Notes: generated by a model from the sequence alone, not told the origin. DNA of 64,000 bases from an uncultured delta proteobacterium (GCA_963711835.1 CAVQFQ010000011.1:12667-76666), one strand, 5' to 3'; counted from the stretch's first letter, positions 21,963 through 33,801 are shown. Program-made: numbers and translations.

Positions 21963-23202
21963 ATGATCCCCAGAACTCTGGAAAAAACCATACGGTCGGC
22001 CATGAAGACCTTCCCAGCGGTCCTGGTAACGGGTCCCCGTCAGTCCGGGAAAACCACCTTGCTAAAGGAAAGGTTCGGCCGGTCGCACCTTTTTATTTCT
22101 CTTGAAGACCCCGACCTTCGCCGATTGATCGAAGAGGACCCCCGTGGATTTTTAAGAGATAATCCTCCACCGGTCATTCTGGATGAGATTCAGTACATTC
22201 CCCAATTGCTGCATTATATTAAGTCTGCTATTGATCTGAATCGCCGCCCCGGACATTGGCTCCTTTCCGGTTCCCAGAGTTTTCCTTTGATGCAGGGAGT
22301 GAGCCAGTCTCTCTCCGGGCGGGTGGCGGTTTTGTCATTATTACCACTTTCTTTGGGCGAAAGTCGGGAATTGGGGGGAAATCCAGCCGATTTGGAATCC
22401 ATCCTTGAAGGGCTGTTTTCCAAAATCAACCAGAAGGGCACGAACGAAACCGCATCCGCCGCCTACCCCCCTGGAAAACTGGATTCTTCGGGGTGGGTAT
22501 CCGGAAATTCGTTTGGATCCGGAAGTCGACCGACAAATCTGGATGGCCGGTTATATCCAGACCTATCTGGAAAGAGATGTCCGCCAAATGGTGAATATCG
22601 GCGACCTGAATACTTTCCATCGCTTTTTACGGCTGATGGCTGCCCGGACCGGCCAGATCTTGAATATGTCCGATCTGGCCCGGGACGTGGGCATGAGCGT
22701 TCCTACCATTAAAAAATGGATAAGCATCCTGGAAGCCAGTTATCAAATATTCCTCCTGCACCCCCACTTCAACAACCTGGGCAAAAGGGTGATCAAAAGT
22801 CCCAAAGTTTATTTTTTGGATACCGGGATTGCCAGCTATTTGATGGGACTCCATTCAGAGGAACCGTTAAAGAGGGGACCGATGATGGGGCCTCTCTTCG
22901 AGACGTTGGTGGTTTCGGAGTGGGTCAAGGCCTTTTGCCATCGGGGCGAGCACCCTGAACTTTATTATTGGCGGTCAAAGACCGGGTTGGAGGTGGATCT
23001 GCTTATTGATCGCAACGGCCGCTTGTACCCCCTGGAGATCAAGGCTACCGCAACGCTGCTTCCCGGTCATGCCGAATCGCTGCTGAAATGGAAGGAATTG
23101 GCCACTGGATCCGCCGACGGCGGTGTCATTGTTGCCAATATTGAACAACCCTTTGCCTTTAAGGGCCTGAAGGCAATTTCCTGGCGGAACGTATTGGATT
23201 AA
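21963..23202 (+). CDS. AAA ATPase with DUF4143 C-terminus (frameshift near 22440-22470)
   Basis: GPRQSGKT, LDEIQ, GGYPE, KSPKVYFLDTG, EVDLL..PLEIK. Confidence 0.88.
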
Positions 23203-23391
23203 ATTCGGCTTCCTTGATCTCGGGATTCTCCATCGGGCCAAACCCCGATGGGACATGGAGCAACTGGAACGGGTGCGGGCGGGCCAGCAAATATAAAAGG
23301 CGACCTGCCGACTCATTTACCGAAGGATTGCCATCTCCGAATACGTTAAGTAAAATTACTCAACGTATTGAGATAATTGTAGGGAGATGAA

Positions 23392-23687
23392 ATGTTCCTT
23401 AGACCGGTTTATCAGATTATTTCTGCCCGATTAAAAGAGCCTCGGAGGTTTCTGCAGGTCCTATCAGGCCCGCGACAGACCGGGAAGACCACGCTTATTC
23501 GCCAGGACATGGAGTCGCTCACTATTCCAAGCCATTATACCTCCGCCGATGAGCCGACATTGCAGTATCGGGCCTGGATTGACCAACAGGCAGGATATTC
23601 AAACCGAAACGTAAGCTGTTGGTCGGAGGAGACGGCATTTTTCTTGAGAAGTTTCTCTCGCATCCAGGGGAAGAATGGTTTGATTAG
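23392..23687 (+). pseudogene. Internally deleted AAA-DUF4143 paralogue
   Basis: N-terminus GPRQTGKTT..SADEP joined out of frame to a C-terminal-like FKPKRKLLVGGDGI..WFD*. Confidence 0.7.
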
Positions 23688-23787
23688 CCGGCGGGAAAAA
23701 GAGATAAAGACCGCCACCCTGTCCTGTTTTTGTTTGTAGCAAAAAAATATTTTTTTAATTTTGCAGGTTTGAAGAGGAAGACCTTCT

Positions 23788-25275
23788 ATGACTGATGAAC
23801 TGATTGGCTATGATGCTATCGAGCTGGGAAATCTAATACGAAAAGTCGAGATTACTCCCCTGGAGCTTCTGGAGATCACCATCGAGCGGATCGAGCGGGT
23901 GAATCCCAGGCTCAATGCCGTGATCCACAAACTCTACGACCAGGCCCGCGCAGAGGCAAAGCAGTGGTCGGAAAAGATTAAAAACAAAAAAACGAACCGA
24001 GCTGTCTTCGCCGGTGTCCCCTTCCTGTTGAAGAACCTTCTGGCCGAATATGAAGGGACGCCTTTTGACGAGGGATCCCGCGCGGTCAGAGGCTATGTTT
24101 CCAAACTGGATACCGAGCTGGTCAGACGCCAGCGGGCCGGGGGACTGATCATCCTCGGCAAGACGAACACCCCGGAGTTCGGGCTCCTGCCCACCACCGA
24201 GCCGATCCTTTATGGGCCCACACGCAACCCCTGGAATCCGGCCTTAACCCCGGGGGGTTCCAGCGGCGGGTCGGCCGCGGCCGTGGCGGCCGGGATCGTA
24301 CCCATGGCCCATGGAAACGATGGCGGGGGATCCATCCGGATCCCGGCTTCCTGCTGCGGGCTCTTCGGTCTGAAGCCCACCAGAGGACGGAATCCCTTGG
24401 GACCTCTCTTCGGTGACCTGGGGAGTGGACTCACCCATGAACATGGGCTAACCCGGACAGTGAGAGATTCGGCCGCCCTTCTGGATTTGACCTCCGGACC
24501 GGACCTGGGGGATGCCTTTGCCTCTCCGGCGAAGGAGCGCCCTTTCCTTGAGGAGGTCGGGCGCGATCCGGGAAGCCTGAAGATCGGGTTTCTGGCCTCT
24601 GTCCCGGAAGGATGGGATCTTGAAGCCCATCTCCACTCGGACTGCCTGGAGGCGGTAACGGATGCCGCCCGGCTTTGCGAAAACCTGGGGCATAGAGTTG
24701 AAGAAGTCCGTGCAGACCTGTTCGCTTATTCGAATATCGCCGTAACCTTCGGCAGCGTTTTCTCCTGCCTGGCCGGGTATTTTGTGACCGATTGGGAAAA
24801 AAAACTGGGCAGGAAGATCACCCAGGAAGAGCTGGAGCCTGTCACCTGGGCGGTTTATCAGGCCGGCCTGAAACGCACCGGCGCCGATTATTTGGTTGCC
24901 TTGGAAGGAATCCAACGCTTCTCGCGAAAGATCGCCCGGTGGTATCACGACGGCGGATATGATCTACTCCTTTCCCCGACCATGAGGATACCGCCTACCC
25001 AGATTGGGGCCTTTCATTGGAATCCGGAAGATCGGAGAAAATGGCTTGAAGTAACCAATGCCTTCGTGGCCTTCACCCGGGTTCAGAACATGACCGGCCA
25101 GCCGGCCATGTCAGTGCCCCTCTTCTGGAATAAAGAGAATGTGCCTATCGGTGTTCAATTTGCCGGCCGCTTCGGCGACGAAGCCACTCTCTTCCGGCTG
25201 GCAGGCCAGTTGGAGCAGGCCAGACCCTGGTCCCGGAGAACACCGCCAATACATTGCAGCATGACAAAAGATTGA
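23788..25275 (+). CDS. Amidase (amidase-signature family)
   Basis: [27 protein letters not shown]. Confidence 0.92.
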   Translation: MTDELIGYDAIELGNLIRKVEITPLELLEITIERIERVNPRLNAVIHKLYDQARAEAKQWSEKIKNKKTNRAVFAGVPFLLKNLLAEYEGTPFDEGSRAVRGYVSKLDTELVRRQRAGGLIILGKTNTPEFGLLPTTEPILYGPTRNPWNPALTPGGSSGGSAAAVAAGIVPMAHGNDGGGSIRIPASCCGLFGLKPTRGRNPLGPLFGDLGSGLTHEHGLTRTVRDSAALLDLTSGPDLGDAFASPAKERPFLEEVGRDPGSLKIGFLASVPEGWDLEAHLHSDCLEAVTDAARLCENLGHRVEEVRADLFAYSNIAVTFGSVFSCLAGYFVTDWEKKLGRKITQEELEPVTWAVYQAGLKRTGADYLVALEGIQRFSRKIARWYHDGGYDLLLSPTMRIPPTQIGAFHWNPEDRRKWLEVTNAFVAFTRVQNMTGQPAMSVPLFWNKENVPIGVQFAGRFGDEATLFRLAGQLEQARPWSRRTPPIHCSMTKD

Positions 25276-25590
25276 GAAAGGAGAATCCGCCTTGCGTGAT
25301 TCTCCTTAGGACCTCAGGCCTACGGCCATCATACGCTTTAGGATGGATCTACTGAGACGAATTTATTCGAGGGTCTCGCACCGAGTAGTTCCCGATTTTG
25401 ACTTCTTTGGGTAAGTTTGTTACTATTTTAACTTCTTGTTTAACAAAGATTTTTCACCAAGGAGGCACAGAGAACTCAGAAAATAAAATTTTAAGTTGGC
25501 GGGGAGGTACCCGCCAATTTAAATGCATTCCGCCTTAAGGGATGGGGGGATTTCAATCTTTGGGAAGTCATCGTAACTGGAGGATCATTT

Positions 25591-27345
25591 ATGGAGCCGG
25601 TAGAACAAGAGATAGGATTTAAGATAGGGTTTTGTGTTACCTCCGACAAGGTCCGCATCGCCTACAGCACGGCAGGCCAGGGACCTTCTCTTGTCATCCC
25701 TCCGGGATGGGTCAGTCATTTACAACTATCCTGGGATCATCCGGCAGCCAGGGATTATTTAGAGAAAGGAACAAAGAACCATACCTTTGTGACCTATGAC
25801 AAACAGGGCTGCGGCCTCTCTGAACGAAGCCGGACCGACTTTTCCCTCGAGTCTGAAATCCGGCCCCTGGAAACGGTGGTGGATCACCTCAAACTAAAAC
25901 GCTTCGCCCTGTTCGGCTATTCTCAGTCCGGTCCTGTTGCCATAGCCTATTCCGTCAAGCACCCCAAGCGGGTTTCGCATCTCATTTTATTTGATACCTA
26001 CGCCTGTGGCAGCGCCTTGGCCCCCGATGAATTTAGGTCCTCCTTTGTCGCGCTGGTCAAGGCGGCCTGGGGAATCGGTTCCAAGACTATGGCCGACATG
26101 TTTTTGCCCGGAGGTAGTGCTTCTGAGATTGAATGGTTTGTTCGGTTGCAAAGAGAGTCGACTACCGCCGATATGGCATCAAAATTATTGGGTTCGGTTT
26201 TTTCATTTGATGTCACTGACCTCCTACCCAAAATAAAAGTACCCACTTTAGTGATTCACCGTCGTGGAGATAAGGCTATGCGGTTTCATTGCGGCCGGGA
26301 CATGGCGGCCATGATCCCCAAGGCCCGGTTTGTTCCCCTGGAGGGAAACATGCATATCCCTTTTTTTGGAGATGCCACTGCCGTACTTAGGGCCACCGCT
26401 GAGTTCCTTGGCGATCCGGCTCAAATCGCTCCAGCAAAAAAAACCGAAATGACTTCGGTGATGGAAGACCCAGCGGCCTTAAAAGCCCAGGTCCTCCTCA
26501 ATGGCCTGGATAAGGTGGCCTTGTCGCAATATTGCATCATCGGAGGATACAACAGATATGAGGAGGACGTCCGAAACACCTTAAAAGATATTAAGCAAAA
26601 AATCATATCCGGCTTTGGCCACTCTACCCTAAAACGGGAAAACCACCTGATCTGGGCTCCGCCCGGGACCGGGAAGACCTACTTCGTTCAACAGGTGGCG
26701 GCTTCCATATCTCCATCGGTTCAATACCAGGAAATCAATCTGGCAAAAATGGATGAACCCGAATTTCGATCGAGACTTTCCGAAATACTCAATTCGGAAC
26801 AGCCCTGCCTTTCCTTGATCGATGAGGCGGATGCCAAACCAAAGGAACCCTGGCCCTATGAGCTTCTCCTGCCCTATCTGGATACAGCCGTTAAAAAAGC
26901 CGGCAAGTTCGTGTTTGTCCTGGCAGGAAGCTCAGGTTCAAATCTACCCGAGATGAAGGAGCGGATCGCATCCCGCCCCAAGGGATCGGACCTGATGTCC
27001 CGCATTCCATCTGAAAATGAGCATACCATTGGCACCATGAGCCTTGGGGACCGCCTTCTGGTTGCCCTGGTCCAATTCAGGCAGGCCGGGGTGGAGGTAG
27101 GCAGGAAAGTGCGCGAAGTTGAGAAACTGGGACTCTTTTATATCGCCCTCAGCCCGCATTTGTTAAATGCCCGCCAGTTGCGCGAGTTTGCCGTCCGGGG
27201 TGTCGAGCGCATGCCGGCAGGTGATGACCGGATTAAATACGACCATCTCTTCAGCCCCGGGGATCCCGAAAACAAGGCTTTCTGGATGAAGGTTCTCCCC
27301 AGTGCTAAGAATTTTGAGAGAAAATTTATTCTAATTGAGGATTAA
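25591..27345 (+). CDS. Alpha/beta hydrolase domain fused to a P-loop/AAA ATPase
   Basis: N-terminal WVSHL, GCGLS, GYSQSG; C-terminal APPGTGKT (Walker A) and LIDEAD (Walker B). Confidence 0.75.
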   Translation: MEPVEQEIGFKIGFCVTSDKVRIAYSTAGQGPSLVIPPGWVSHLQLSWDHPAARDYLEKGTKNHTFVTYDKQGCGLSERSRTDFSLESEIRPLETVVDHLKLKRFALFGYSQSGPVAIAYSVKHPKRVSHLILFDTYACGSALAPDEFRSSFVALVKAAWGIGSKTMADMFLPGGSASEIEWFVRLQRESTTADMASKLLGSVFSFDVTDLLPKIKVPTLVIHRRGDKAMRFHCGRDMAAMIPKARFVPLEGNMHIPFFGDATAVLRATAEFLGDPAQIAPAKKTEMTSVMEDPAALKAQVLLNGLDKVALSQYCIIGGYNRYEEDVRNTLKDIKQKIISGFGHSTLKRENHLIWAPPGTGKTYFVQQVAASISPSVQYQEINLAKMDEPEFRSRLSEILNSEQPCLSLIDEADAKPKEPWPYELLLPYLDTAVKKAGKFVFVLAGSSGSNLPEMKERIASRPKGSDLMSRIPSENEHTIGTMSLGDRLLVALVQFRQAGVEVGRKVREVEKLGLFYIALSPHLLNARQLREFAVRGVERMPAGDDRIKYDHLFSPGDPENKAFWMKVLPSAKNFERKFILIED

Positions 27346-27365
27346 TTCTCCTTGGATATTACGAT

Positions 27366-28136
27366 ATGAAAGAGCTATTTAAAGCGGGTCTGGCTTTTAA
27401 GGCCAACAATTGGCCGCTGGATTCCCGAAAACCAACGCTGTTCTTTATCCATGCCTCTGGATTCTCGAGCATTATATGGGATAACCAATTAAAGGGCCTT
27501 GGCGATCGGACAAATACAATTGCCCTGGACCTTCCCGGGCACGGGCGGAGCCTTGGTGTGGGGTACCAAACCATACCGGAATATACCCATGCGGTCATGG
27601 ATTTTATTAGCCGCTTGAATCCTCCACGACCCATTCCAGCCGGCTTGAGCATGGGCGGGGCCATCACCCTGCAATTGCTTCTGGATTATCCCAAAAACTT
27701 TTTAGCCGGCATCCTCCTCTGTACCGGTGCCAAGATGAAGGTTACTCCGGTAATCTTTGAGCCCATAGAAAAAAATTACCCCGCTTTCGTTGAATCATTT
27801 AAACAGTTCGCCATATCCCCAAAAACCGACCCGGCCATTATCCAACCCATACTGGATGACAACCTGAAATGCCTACCATCCGTGGTTTACGGCGATTATC
27901 AGGCCTGCGACCGGTTCGATGTTCGGGAACGGCTACCTGAAATCAGAGCCAGGGTCCTGGTGGTTACCGGTGAGGATGACCTGCTCACGCCGCCTAAGTT
28001 CGGAGAGTTCCTGGCCGACAAAATCAAAGGGGCCCAACGAGTCCACATCCTGGCTGCCGGCCACCTGCTGCCGGTGGAAAAACCGGCTGAACTCAACCGA
28101 GCCATCATTGAATTTTTGGATCAAACTGGTCTTTAG
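27366..28136 (+). CDS. Alpha/beta hydrolase
   Basis: DLPGHG, GLSMGG, GEDD, AGH. Confidence 0.88.
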   Translation: MKELFKAGLAFKANNWPLDSRKPTLFFIHASGFSSIIWDNQLKGLGDRTNTIALDLPGHGRSLGVGYQTIPEYTHAVMDFISRLNPPRPIPAGLSMGGAITLQLLLDYPKNFLAGILLCTGAKMKVTPVIFEPIEKNYPAFVESFKQFAISPKTDPAIIQPILDDNLKCLPSVVYGDYQACDRFDVRERLPEIRARVLVVTGEDDLLTPPKFGEFLADKIKGAQRVHILAAGHLLPVEKPAELNRAIIEFLDQTGL

Positions 28137-28241
28137 TGCCTTTGGAATTTTTTTGTTTTATTTGGCAAAGAAAGTTTCTTGCATACCCGCAACTCCTTAT
28201 CAGCTAAGGATTTGCGACAAATGAATGGCTGTTCAACTTTT

Positions 28242-28413
28242 TTTGCCACAGACAAAGGCGGATCCCGCCAGGCGGGACTGGCGCGAACAGAAAAGCTCGT
28301 TAGATGGATATTGCTTGTTGGCCCAAGTCTTTAGTGCCCGAAGGGCGGACGGTTAGGGTAGCGGCAGGTCGCCGTCCCGCTGCAAGCGGGATCCTGGAGT
28401 TGTCTGTGGCAAA
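28242..28413. mobile_element. MITE-like element with perfect 14-bp terminal IRs
   Basis: TTTGCCACAGACAA / TTGTCTGTGGCAAA; internal mirrored hairpins GGATCCCGC..GCGGGAC and GTCCCGC..GCGGGATCC. Confidence 0.7.
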
Positions 28414-28502
28414 TATCTTTTCCGAATTTTTCGGGTTGGGAAACAAATGCTTTTTAAATCCCTCCCGGCAAAGTCGGGGACTTACCCGAAGGAGAATTAC
28501 CA

Positions 28503-29930
28503 ATGGCTAAATTTAAAGAGTATGCCTCGTTCGACGCCACAGGACTGGCTGAATTGGTCCGAAGGAAGGAAGTTACCCCTCTTGAACTGGTGGAGGCGGC
28601 CATAGAGCGTATCGAGCGCCTGAACCCTGCCCTCAACGCAGTCATTACGCCTATGTTTGACCAGGCCCTAGCCCTGGCCAAACAGGACCTGCCCCAGGGC
28701 CCTTTCTCCGGCGTCCCCTTTCTCATTAAGGATATCGGGGCCATGGTTAAAGGCGTCAGGATGTGCCTGGGCACGGCTTTACTTAAGAATTTCGTACCGG
28801 ACCATGACAATGAACTGGTTCTTCGCCTGAAGCGAGCCGGCCTGATCATGGTCGGGAAGACCAACCTGCCTGAATTAGGCATTCTTCCCACTACCGAACC
28901 TCGTCTATTCGGAGCCACCCGAAACCCCTGGAACCCTGAGCGGTCGCCAGGAGGTTCGAGCGGCGGCTCGGCCGCGGCCGTGGCTGCCGGGATGGTGCCC
29001 ATGGCCCATGCCAATGACGGCGGCGGTTCGATTCGCATCCCCGCCTCCTGTTGCGGGCTCTTCGGTCTAAAACCGACCCGGGCCCGAACTCCCCTGGGAC
29101 CGGACTTTGGTGATTTGTTCAGCGGACTGATCTCCGAACATGCTGTGACCCGGTCGGTGCGTGACAGCGCTACCCTGCTGGATGCGACCTCCGGCCCGGA
29201 TGTGGGCGATCCCTACTGGGCCCCTCCTCCGGCCCGTCCTTTCCTCCAGGAGGTCGGCGCCGACCCGGGGAAACTGCGCATTGCCTTTACCGCTTCCAAT
29301 CTCTCCGGGGCGACCATCCATGCCGACTGCCTCCAGGCCGTACGCGATGCCGCCTCGCTTTGCGCTGCCTTGGGCCACGAGGTGGAGGAGGCGGATCCAC
29401 CCCTTAACCGCGACCTGATCAGCCAGGCCTTCATGGTCCTCTGGTCTTCCGGGTGTGCCTGGACTATCGACGGTATGGCCATGGTAACCGGCCAGGCCGC
29501 CACAGCAGATCATTTTGAACCCCTTACTTGGGCCCTCTATGAGATGGGGAAAAACCAAAGCGCCCCCACGTATTTGTTCTACCTGACTTTGCTCCAGAGG
29601 ATCGCCCGCGAGATTGCCCGGTTCTTCCTCCGCTATGACCTCTGGCTGGCGCCTACGGTCGCTGAACCGCCTCCCCTTTTGGGTAGCTTTGATCCCCCCC
29701 CTGACAACCCCCTTCAGGGATTGAAGCGGGCGGAGGACTTTGTTCCAATCACCCCCATCGCCAACTTTACCGGCCAACCCGCCATGTCCCTGCCCCTTTA
29801 TTGGAATGCCGAAGGTCTCCCCATAGGCGTCCATTTTATGGGTCGTTTCGGCGATGAAGCCACCCTCTTCCGTCTGGCAGCGCAATTAGAGCAAGCCCGT
29901 CCCTGGGCCCAGCGAAGGCCGGAGATATAG
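28503..29930 (+). CDS. Amidase (amidase-signature family)
   Basis: [25 protein letters not shown]; paralogue of 23788-25275. Confidence 0.92.
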   Translation: MAKFKEYASFDATGLAELVRRKEVTPLELVEAAIERIERLNPALNAVITPMFDQALALAKQDLPQGPFSGVPFLIKDIGAMVKGVRMCLGTALLKNFVPDHDNELVLRLKRAGLIMVGKTNLPELGILPTTEPRLFGATRNPWNPERSPGGSSGGSAAAVAAGMVPMAHANDGGGSIRIPASCCGLFGLKPTRARTPLGPDFGDLFSGLISEHAVTRSVRDSATLLDATSGPDVGDPYWAPPPARPFLQEVGADPGKLRIAFTASNLSGATIHADCLQAVRDAASLCAALGHEVEEADPPLNRDLISQAFMVLWSSGCAWTIDGMAMVTGQAATADHFEPLTWALYEMGKNQSAPTYLFYLTLLQRIAREIARFFLRYDLWLAPTVAEPPPLLGSFDPPPDNPLQGLKRAEDFVPITPIANFTGQPAMSLPLYWNAEGLPIGVHFMGRFGDEATLFRLAAQLEQARPWAQRRPEI

Positions 29931-30010
29931 GGATTTCCATGTGACTTTAAGAAAAATTGAGATGGAGCGGCTTGCTGTTCACCTTTAAACCCGCGAAAGG
30001 GAGGAAAATC

Positions 30011-30724
30011 ATGAGTACCTATGTGCTGGTTCACGGCGCCTGGCATGGAGCCTGGTGCTGGAAAAAAATCATCCCCTTATTGGTAAAAGAGGGGCACAAG
30101 GTTGAGGCCCCGGATCTTCCCGGGCACGGAAACGACAAAACTCCAATTTCCCAAGTCACCCTGGAGGCCTACACCAATCGAATTTGCCAGGTTCTGGACG
30201 CCCAGTCCGAACCGGTGATTCTGGTCGGCCACAGCATGGGTGGTATCGTTATCTCCCAGGCTGCCGAGTATCGGCCGGAAAAGGTCAAAAAACTGGTTTA
30301 CCTTTCAGCCTTCCTGTTGAGAAATGGGGAGTTCCTTTTGCAGCTTGCTCAAACCGATCCCGAAAGCCTGATTCTACCCAATCTCATGATGGCTGAGGAT
30401 CAAAGCCAGGCCACCGTAAAGGAGGAGTCCCTCAAGGAAGTCTTCTACGGCAGTTGTTCCGACGAAGACGTTGCCTATGCCAAAGCGCATCTCGTCCCTC
30501 AAGCGGCGCCTCCTTTCGCAACCCCCGTAAACATAACCGATCAAAACTTCGGCCACATACCCAGGATTTATATTTCTTGTCGGCGGGACAGGGCCATCGG
30601 TCCTTCCCTGCAAGATAAGATGATTGCGGCCCTTCCCTGCGAAAAAGTGATAACCATGGATACGGATCATTCACCCTTCTTCTCGGCTGCGGTGGAATTG
30701 GCCGCACACTTGTTGTCAATATAA
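30011..30724 (+). CDS. Alpha/beta hydrolase (methylesterase/SABP2-like)
   Basis: LVHGAWHGAWCW, GHSMGG, DHSPF. Confidence 0.88.
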   Translation: MSTYVLVHGAWHGAWCWKKIIPLLVKEGHKVEAPDLPGHGNDKTPISQVTLEAYTNRICQVLDAQSEPVILVGHSMGGIVISQAAEYRPEKVKKLVYLSAFLLRNGEFLLQLAQTDPESLILPNLMMAEDQSQATVKEESLKEVFYGSCSDEDVAYAKAHLVPQAAPPFATPVNITDQNFGHIPRIYISCRRDRAIGPSLQDKMIAALPCEKVITMDTDHSPFFSAAVELAAHLLSI

Positions 30725-30784
30725 TCAAAACTCTAACCGGATTTTTGTAAAAGGGTGGGTGTCACCAAAATTACTGGAGGAATA

Positions 30785-31925
30785 ATGGAAGAAATTTCCT
30801 TTGAAAATCTGAAACGGGAGGTCATTGACACCCGTCTCTGCATCTCTTGCGGGGCCTGCATAGCCGTCTGTCCGGTGAGCTGTCTCTCCTTTAAAGGTGA
30901 TGGCCCGGAGTTGGTGGAGGAGTGCACCAGTTGCGGCCTTTGTGTACAGGCCTGCTCCGGATCAGGTGCTCCACACGACGAGCTGGACCGGCGGCTTTTC
31001 GGACGAGTTAGAAATGAAAATGAGGATTCCGGCGGTTTTGGAATCCATCTTTCCGATCGCAACCTGATCAGCAGTGATCACGACCTGGCCCGAATCGGTT
31101 ACTCGGGCGGGAAGGTCACCTCGCTCCTGACCTATCTTCTGGAAAAGGGAGAAATCGACGGCGCCATCATCTCACGCTGGGGCCGGACCTCCCCCTATCC
31201 CTGGTTTTCCTGGCCGGTTATCGCCGCCACCCGGGAACAGATCATCGAAGGGGCGGGCAGCAAGTATGTCTTCAGCCCGGTACTCATGGCCCTGGAGGAG
31301 GTGGCCCAGCGAAACGACCTGGGCTCGATGGCCCTGGTGGGCCTCGGCTGCCATGTCCAGGGTTTCCGCAAGCTCCAACTGATCGGAGACAGCTTCGACG
31401 AGGTTGACCCGGAAGGTGAAATACGTCTTCGGACTCTATTGCGGTTCCCCCATAGTCCAACACCAGGACTTCATGGATTATGTATCGAAGCTGTGCGGGG
31501 TTGCCCCGGAGACGATCGCCAGCATCGACTTCCGAAGGGTATCAACGGAATTCGATGTCCTCTTCCAGATTGTTCTAAAAGACGGCGGGAAGACCGAGAA
31601 ACGTCTGAACCTTATGGAATTGTTTCCGGTCATCGGGAGTTATCCGAAGTGGCATCGATGCAGCCTCTGCACCGATTATTCAGCCGAATTCGCCGACATC
31701 TCCTTCGGCGGGTCCCACGTAACGGCCAGGACGCAGGCCGGCGAGGACCTGGTAAATCAGGCCCTCAAGGACGGCCGGCTGACAGAGTTTGAACCGATCG
31801 CCTACCTGCAGGAAATGGCGGAACAGATTGACCGGTTCAATATCAAAGTCAAAAAGAAACGCAACCGGGCCAGGATAGCTGAACTAAGGGCCAAAGGAGA
31901 AGCGGTTCCAAAATACGACGGATAA
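30785..31925 (+). CDS. FrhB/FdhB-family (F420 hydrogenase beta subunit-like) Fe-S flavoprotein (frameshift near 31400)
   Basis: CISCGAC, CTSCGLC, SGGKVTSLL, GSKY, VGLGCH, GLYC, CSLCTDYSAEFADISFG. Confidence 0.82.
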
Positions 31926-32049
31926 AGAGGCTTCCAGCATCTAAACCGGGGTGCCGACATTATCCGGTTCCGAGTTGTAGACGACGGTGTGAAAAATGAT
32001 ACCCTGTCCAAATTGATCTGCTTGAAATAAAAACAATAGGGAGGCAATC

Positions 32050-33801
32050 ATGGACAAACCCTGGTACAAGCTGTGGCCCGATGTGTATCCGAAGTCGTTG
32101 ACCTACTATGAAGGCAGCATTTGGGATTTCATGGAGGCCAGCGCCAGACGCTTTCCTGAACGGGCGGCTTTGATCTTCATGGGAAAACCCATGAGCTTCG
32201 GGGAACTCCACGACCAATCCCTGCGCTTGGCCACCGCCCTGGCCGACCTGGGGGTGAAAAAGGGAGACCGGGTGGCCCTGTTCATGCCCAACTGCCCCCA
32301 GTTCGCCGTTTCCTACTACGCGGTCCTTAAGATCGGAGCCATCCTGACCATGTGCTCGCCCCTTAACAGCGAAGCCGAGCTCAAATACCAGATTAACGAC
32401 TCCGGGGCCGAAACCGTCATCACCCTCAAGCTTAATCTCCTGATGGACAAGCTGCTCAAGGTGAAGGATCAGACCGGCCTCAAACGGGTCATCGTCTCCG
32501 GTCTGGAGGAAGCCCTTCCGGCGGTTAAGAAATACGGTTTCCTGCTTCTAAAAAGAAAGAATATCGCCTCCATTAAAAGCGATCCGGCTGCCGGCATTTA
32601 CTTTTTCAAAGACCTCCTGTTGAAATATCCTCCCAACCCTCCCCTCGTAACCATCAACGGCAAGGAGGATATCGCCGTCCTGGCCTATACCGGCGGGACC
32701 ACCGGACTCCCCAAGGGGGCCATGATCACCCATTACAATACCATCGTCAATGTCGCCCAAGTGGCCAACTGGAATGCCCCAGCCTTTGGAAATCAGATCG
32801 TAAAAGATCTGTCACCGGAAAACTGCAATCTCCAAGGCTCGCACTTTACGGCCGTCAATGTGGTGCCCTGGTTTCACGCCATGGGCACCATCGCTTACCT
32901 GAATTATCCTATTTTCGTCGGAACCACCACAGTTGTGCTTCCGAAATTCGATCCTGGTGAATACTTGAAGGTTCTCGAAAATTACCCGATTGACGCCATG
33001 GGCGGGGCTCCTCCTATTTATACCGCCCTGCTTAATCATTCGGATTTTTCGAAATATGCCCCCCAATTCAAGAAAGTCAAGGTTGCCGCCAGCGGCGCCG
33101 GGCCCTTACCCGTTGAATACCTGAATCGGATGAAGGAGGTGATTGGAGGGGTCTTTATCGAGGGCTATGGGATGACCGAATGCACCATGGCTGTTTGTCT
33201 TAATCCGACCCCGGAGGCGGCGGTCCGCAAACCGGGTTCGGTCGGCATACCGATTTTCGATTCCGAAGTCAAGATCGCCGACCTGATGGACGACACCAAA
33301 GAGATGGCCATCGGCGAAGAGGGCGAGATCCTCCAGAAAGGTCCTCAGGTCATGAAAGGCTACTGGAACAATCCCGAGGAAACGGCCAGGACCCTGAAAG
33401 GCGGTTGGCTTCATTCGGGCGATATCGGCAAGCTGGATGAGGACGGCTATCTCTTCATAGTGGACCGGATTAAAGACATGATCAAGTACAAGGGTTATAA
33501 TGTCTTCCCCAGGAACCTGGAGGAGATCCTCTACCAGCATCCCAAGATAAAAGAAGCCGCGGTCATCGGGATCCCTGACCCGGCCGTCACCGAGTATCCC
33601 CGGGCCTACGTGGTCTTGAGAGAAGGGGAAACGGCCACGGCAGAAGAGATCATGAATGACGTAAATCCGCAGGTCGCCGGCTACGAAAAGATCCGGGAAG
33701 TGGTCTTCAGAAATGAACTGCCCGTGAGCCTGGCGGGAAAGGTTTTAAAGAGGGAATTGAAAAAGGAGGCCTTGGCCGAGAGGGCGGCGAGGCCGAAATA
33801 G
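32050..33801 (+). CDS. Long-chain fatty acid-CoA ligase
   Basis: YTGGTTGLPKG, EGYGMTE, SGDIG. Confidence 0.92.
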   Translation: MDKPWYKLWPDVYPKSLTYYEGSIWDFMEASARRFPERAALIFMGKPMSFGELHDQSLRLATALADLGVKKGDRVALFMPNCPQFAVSYYAVLKIGAILTMCSPLNSEAELKYQINDSGAETVITLKLNLLMDKLLKVKDQTGLKRVIVSGLEEALPAVKKYGFLLLKRKNIASIKSDPAAGIYFFKDLLLKYPPNPPLVTINGKEDIAVLAYTGGTTGLPKGAMITHYNTIVNVAQVANWNAPAFGNQIVKDLSPENCNLQGSHFTAVNVVPWFHAMGTIAYLNYPIFVGTTTVVLPKFDPGEYLKVLENYPIDAMGGAPPIYTALLNHSDFSKYAPQFKKVKVAASGAGPLPVEYLNRMKEVIGGVFIEGYGMTECTMAVCLNPTPEAAVRKPGSVGIPIFDSEVKIADLMDDTKEMAIGEEGEILQKGPQVMKGYWNNPEETARTLKGGWLHSGDIGKLDEDGYLFIVDRIKDMIKYKGYNVFPRNLEEILYQHPKIKEAAVIGIPDPAVTEYPRAYVVLREGETATAEEIMNDVNPQVAGYEKIREVVFRNELPVSLAGKVLKRELKKEALAERAARPK

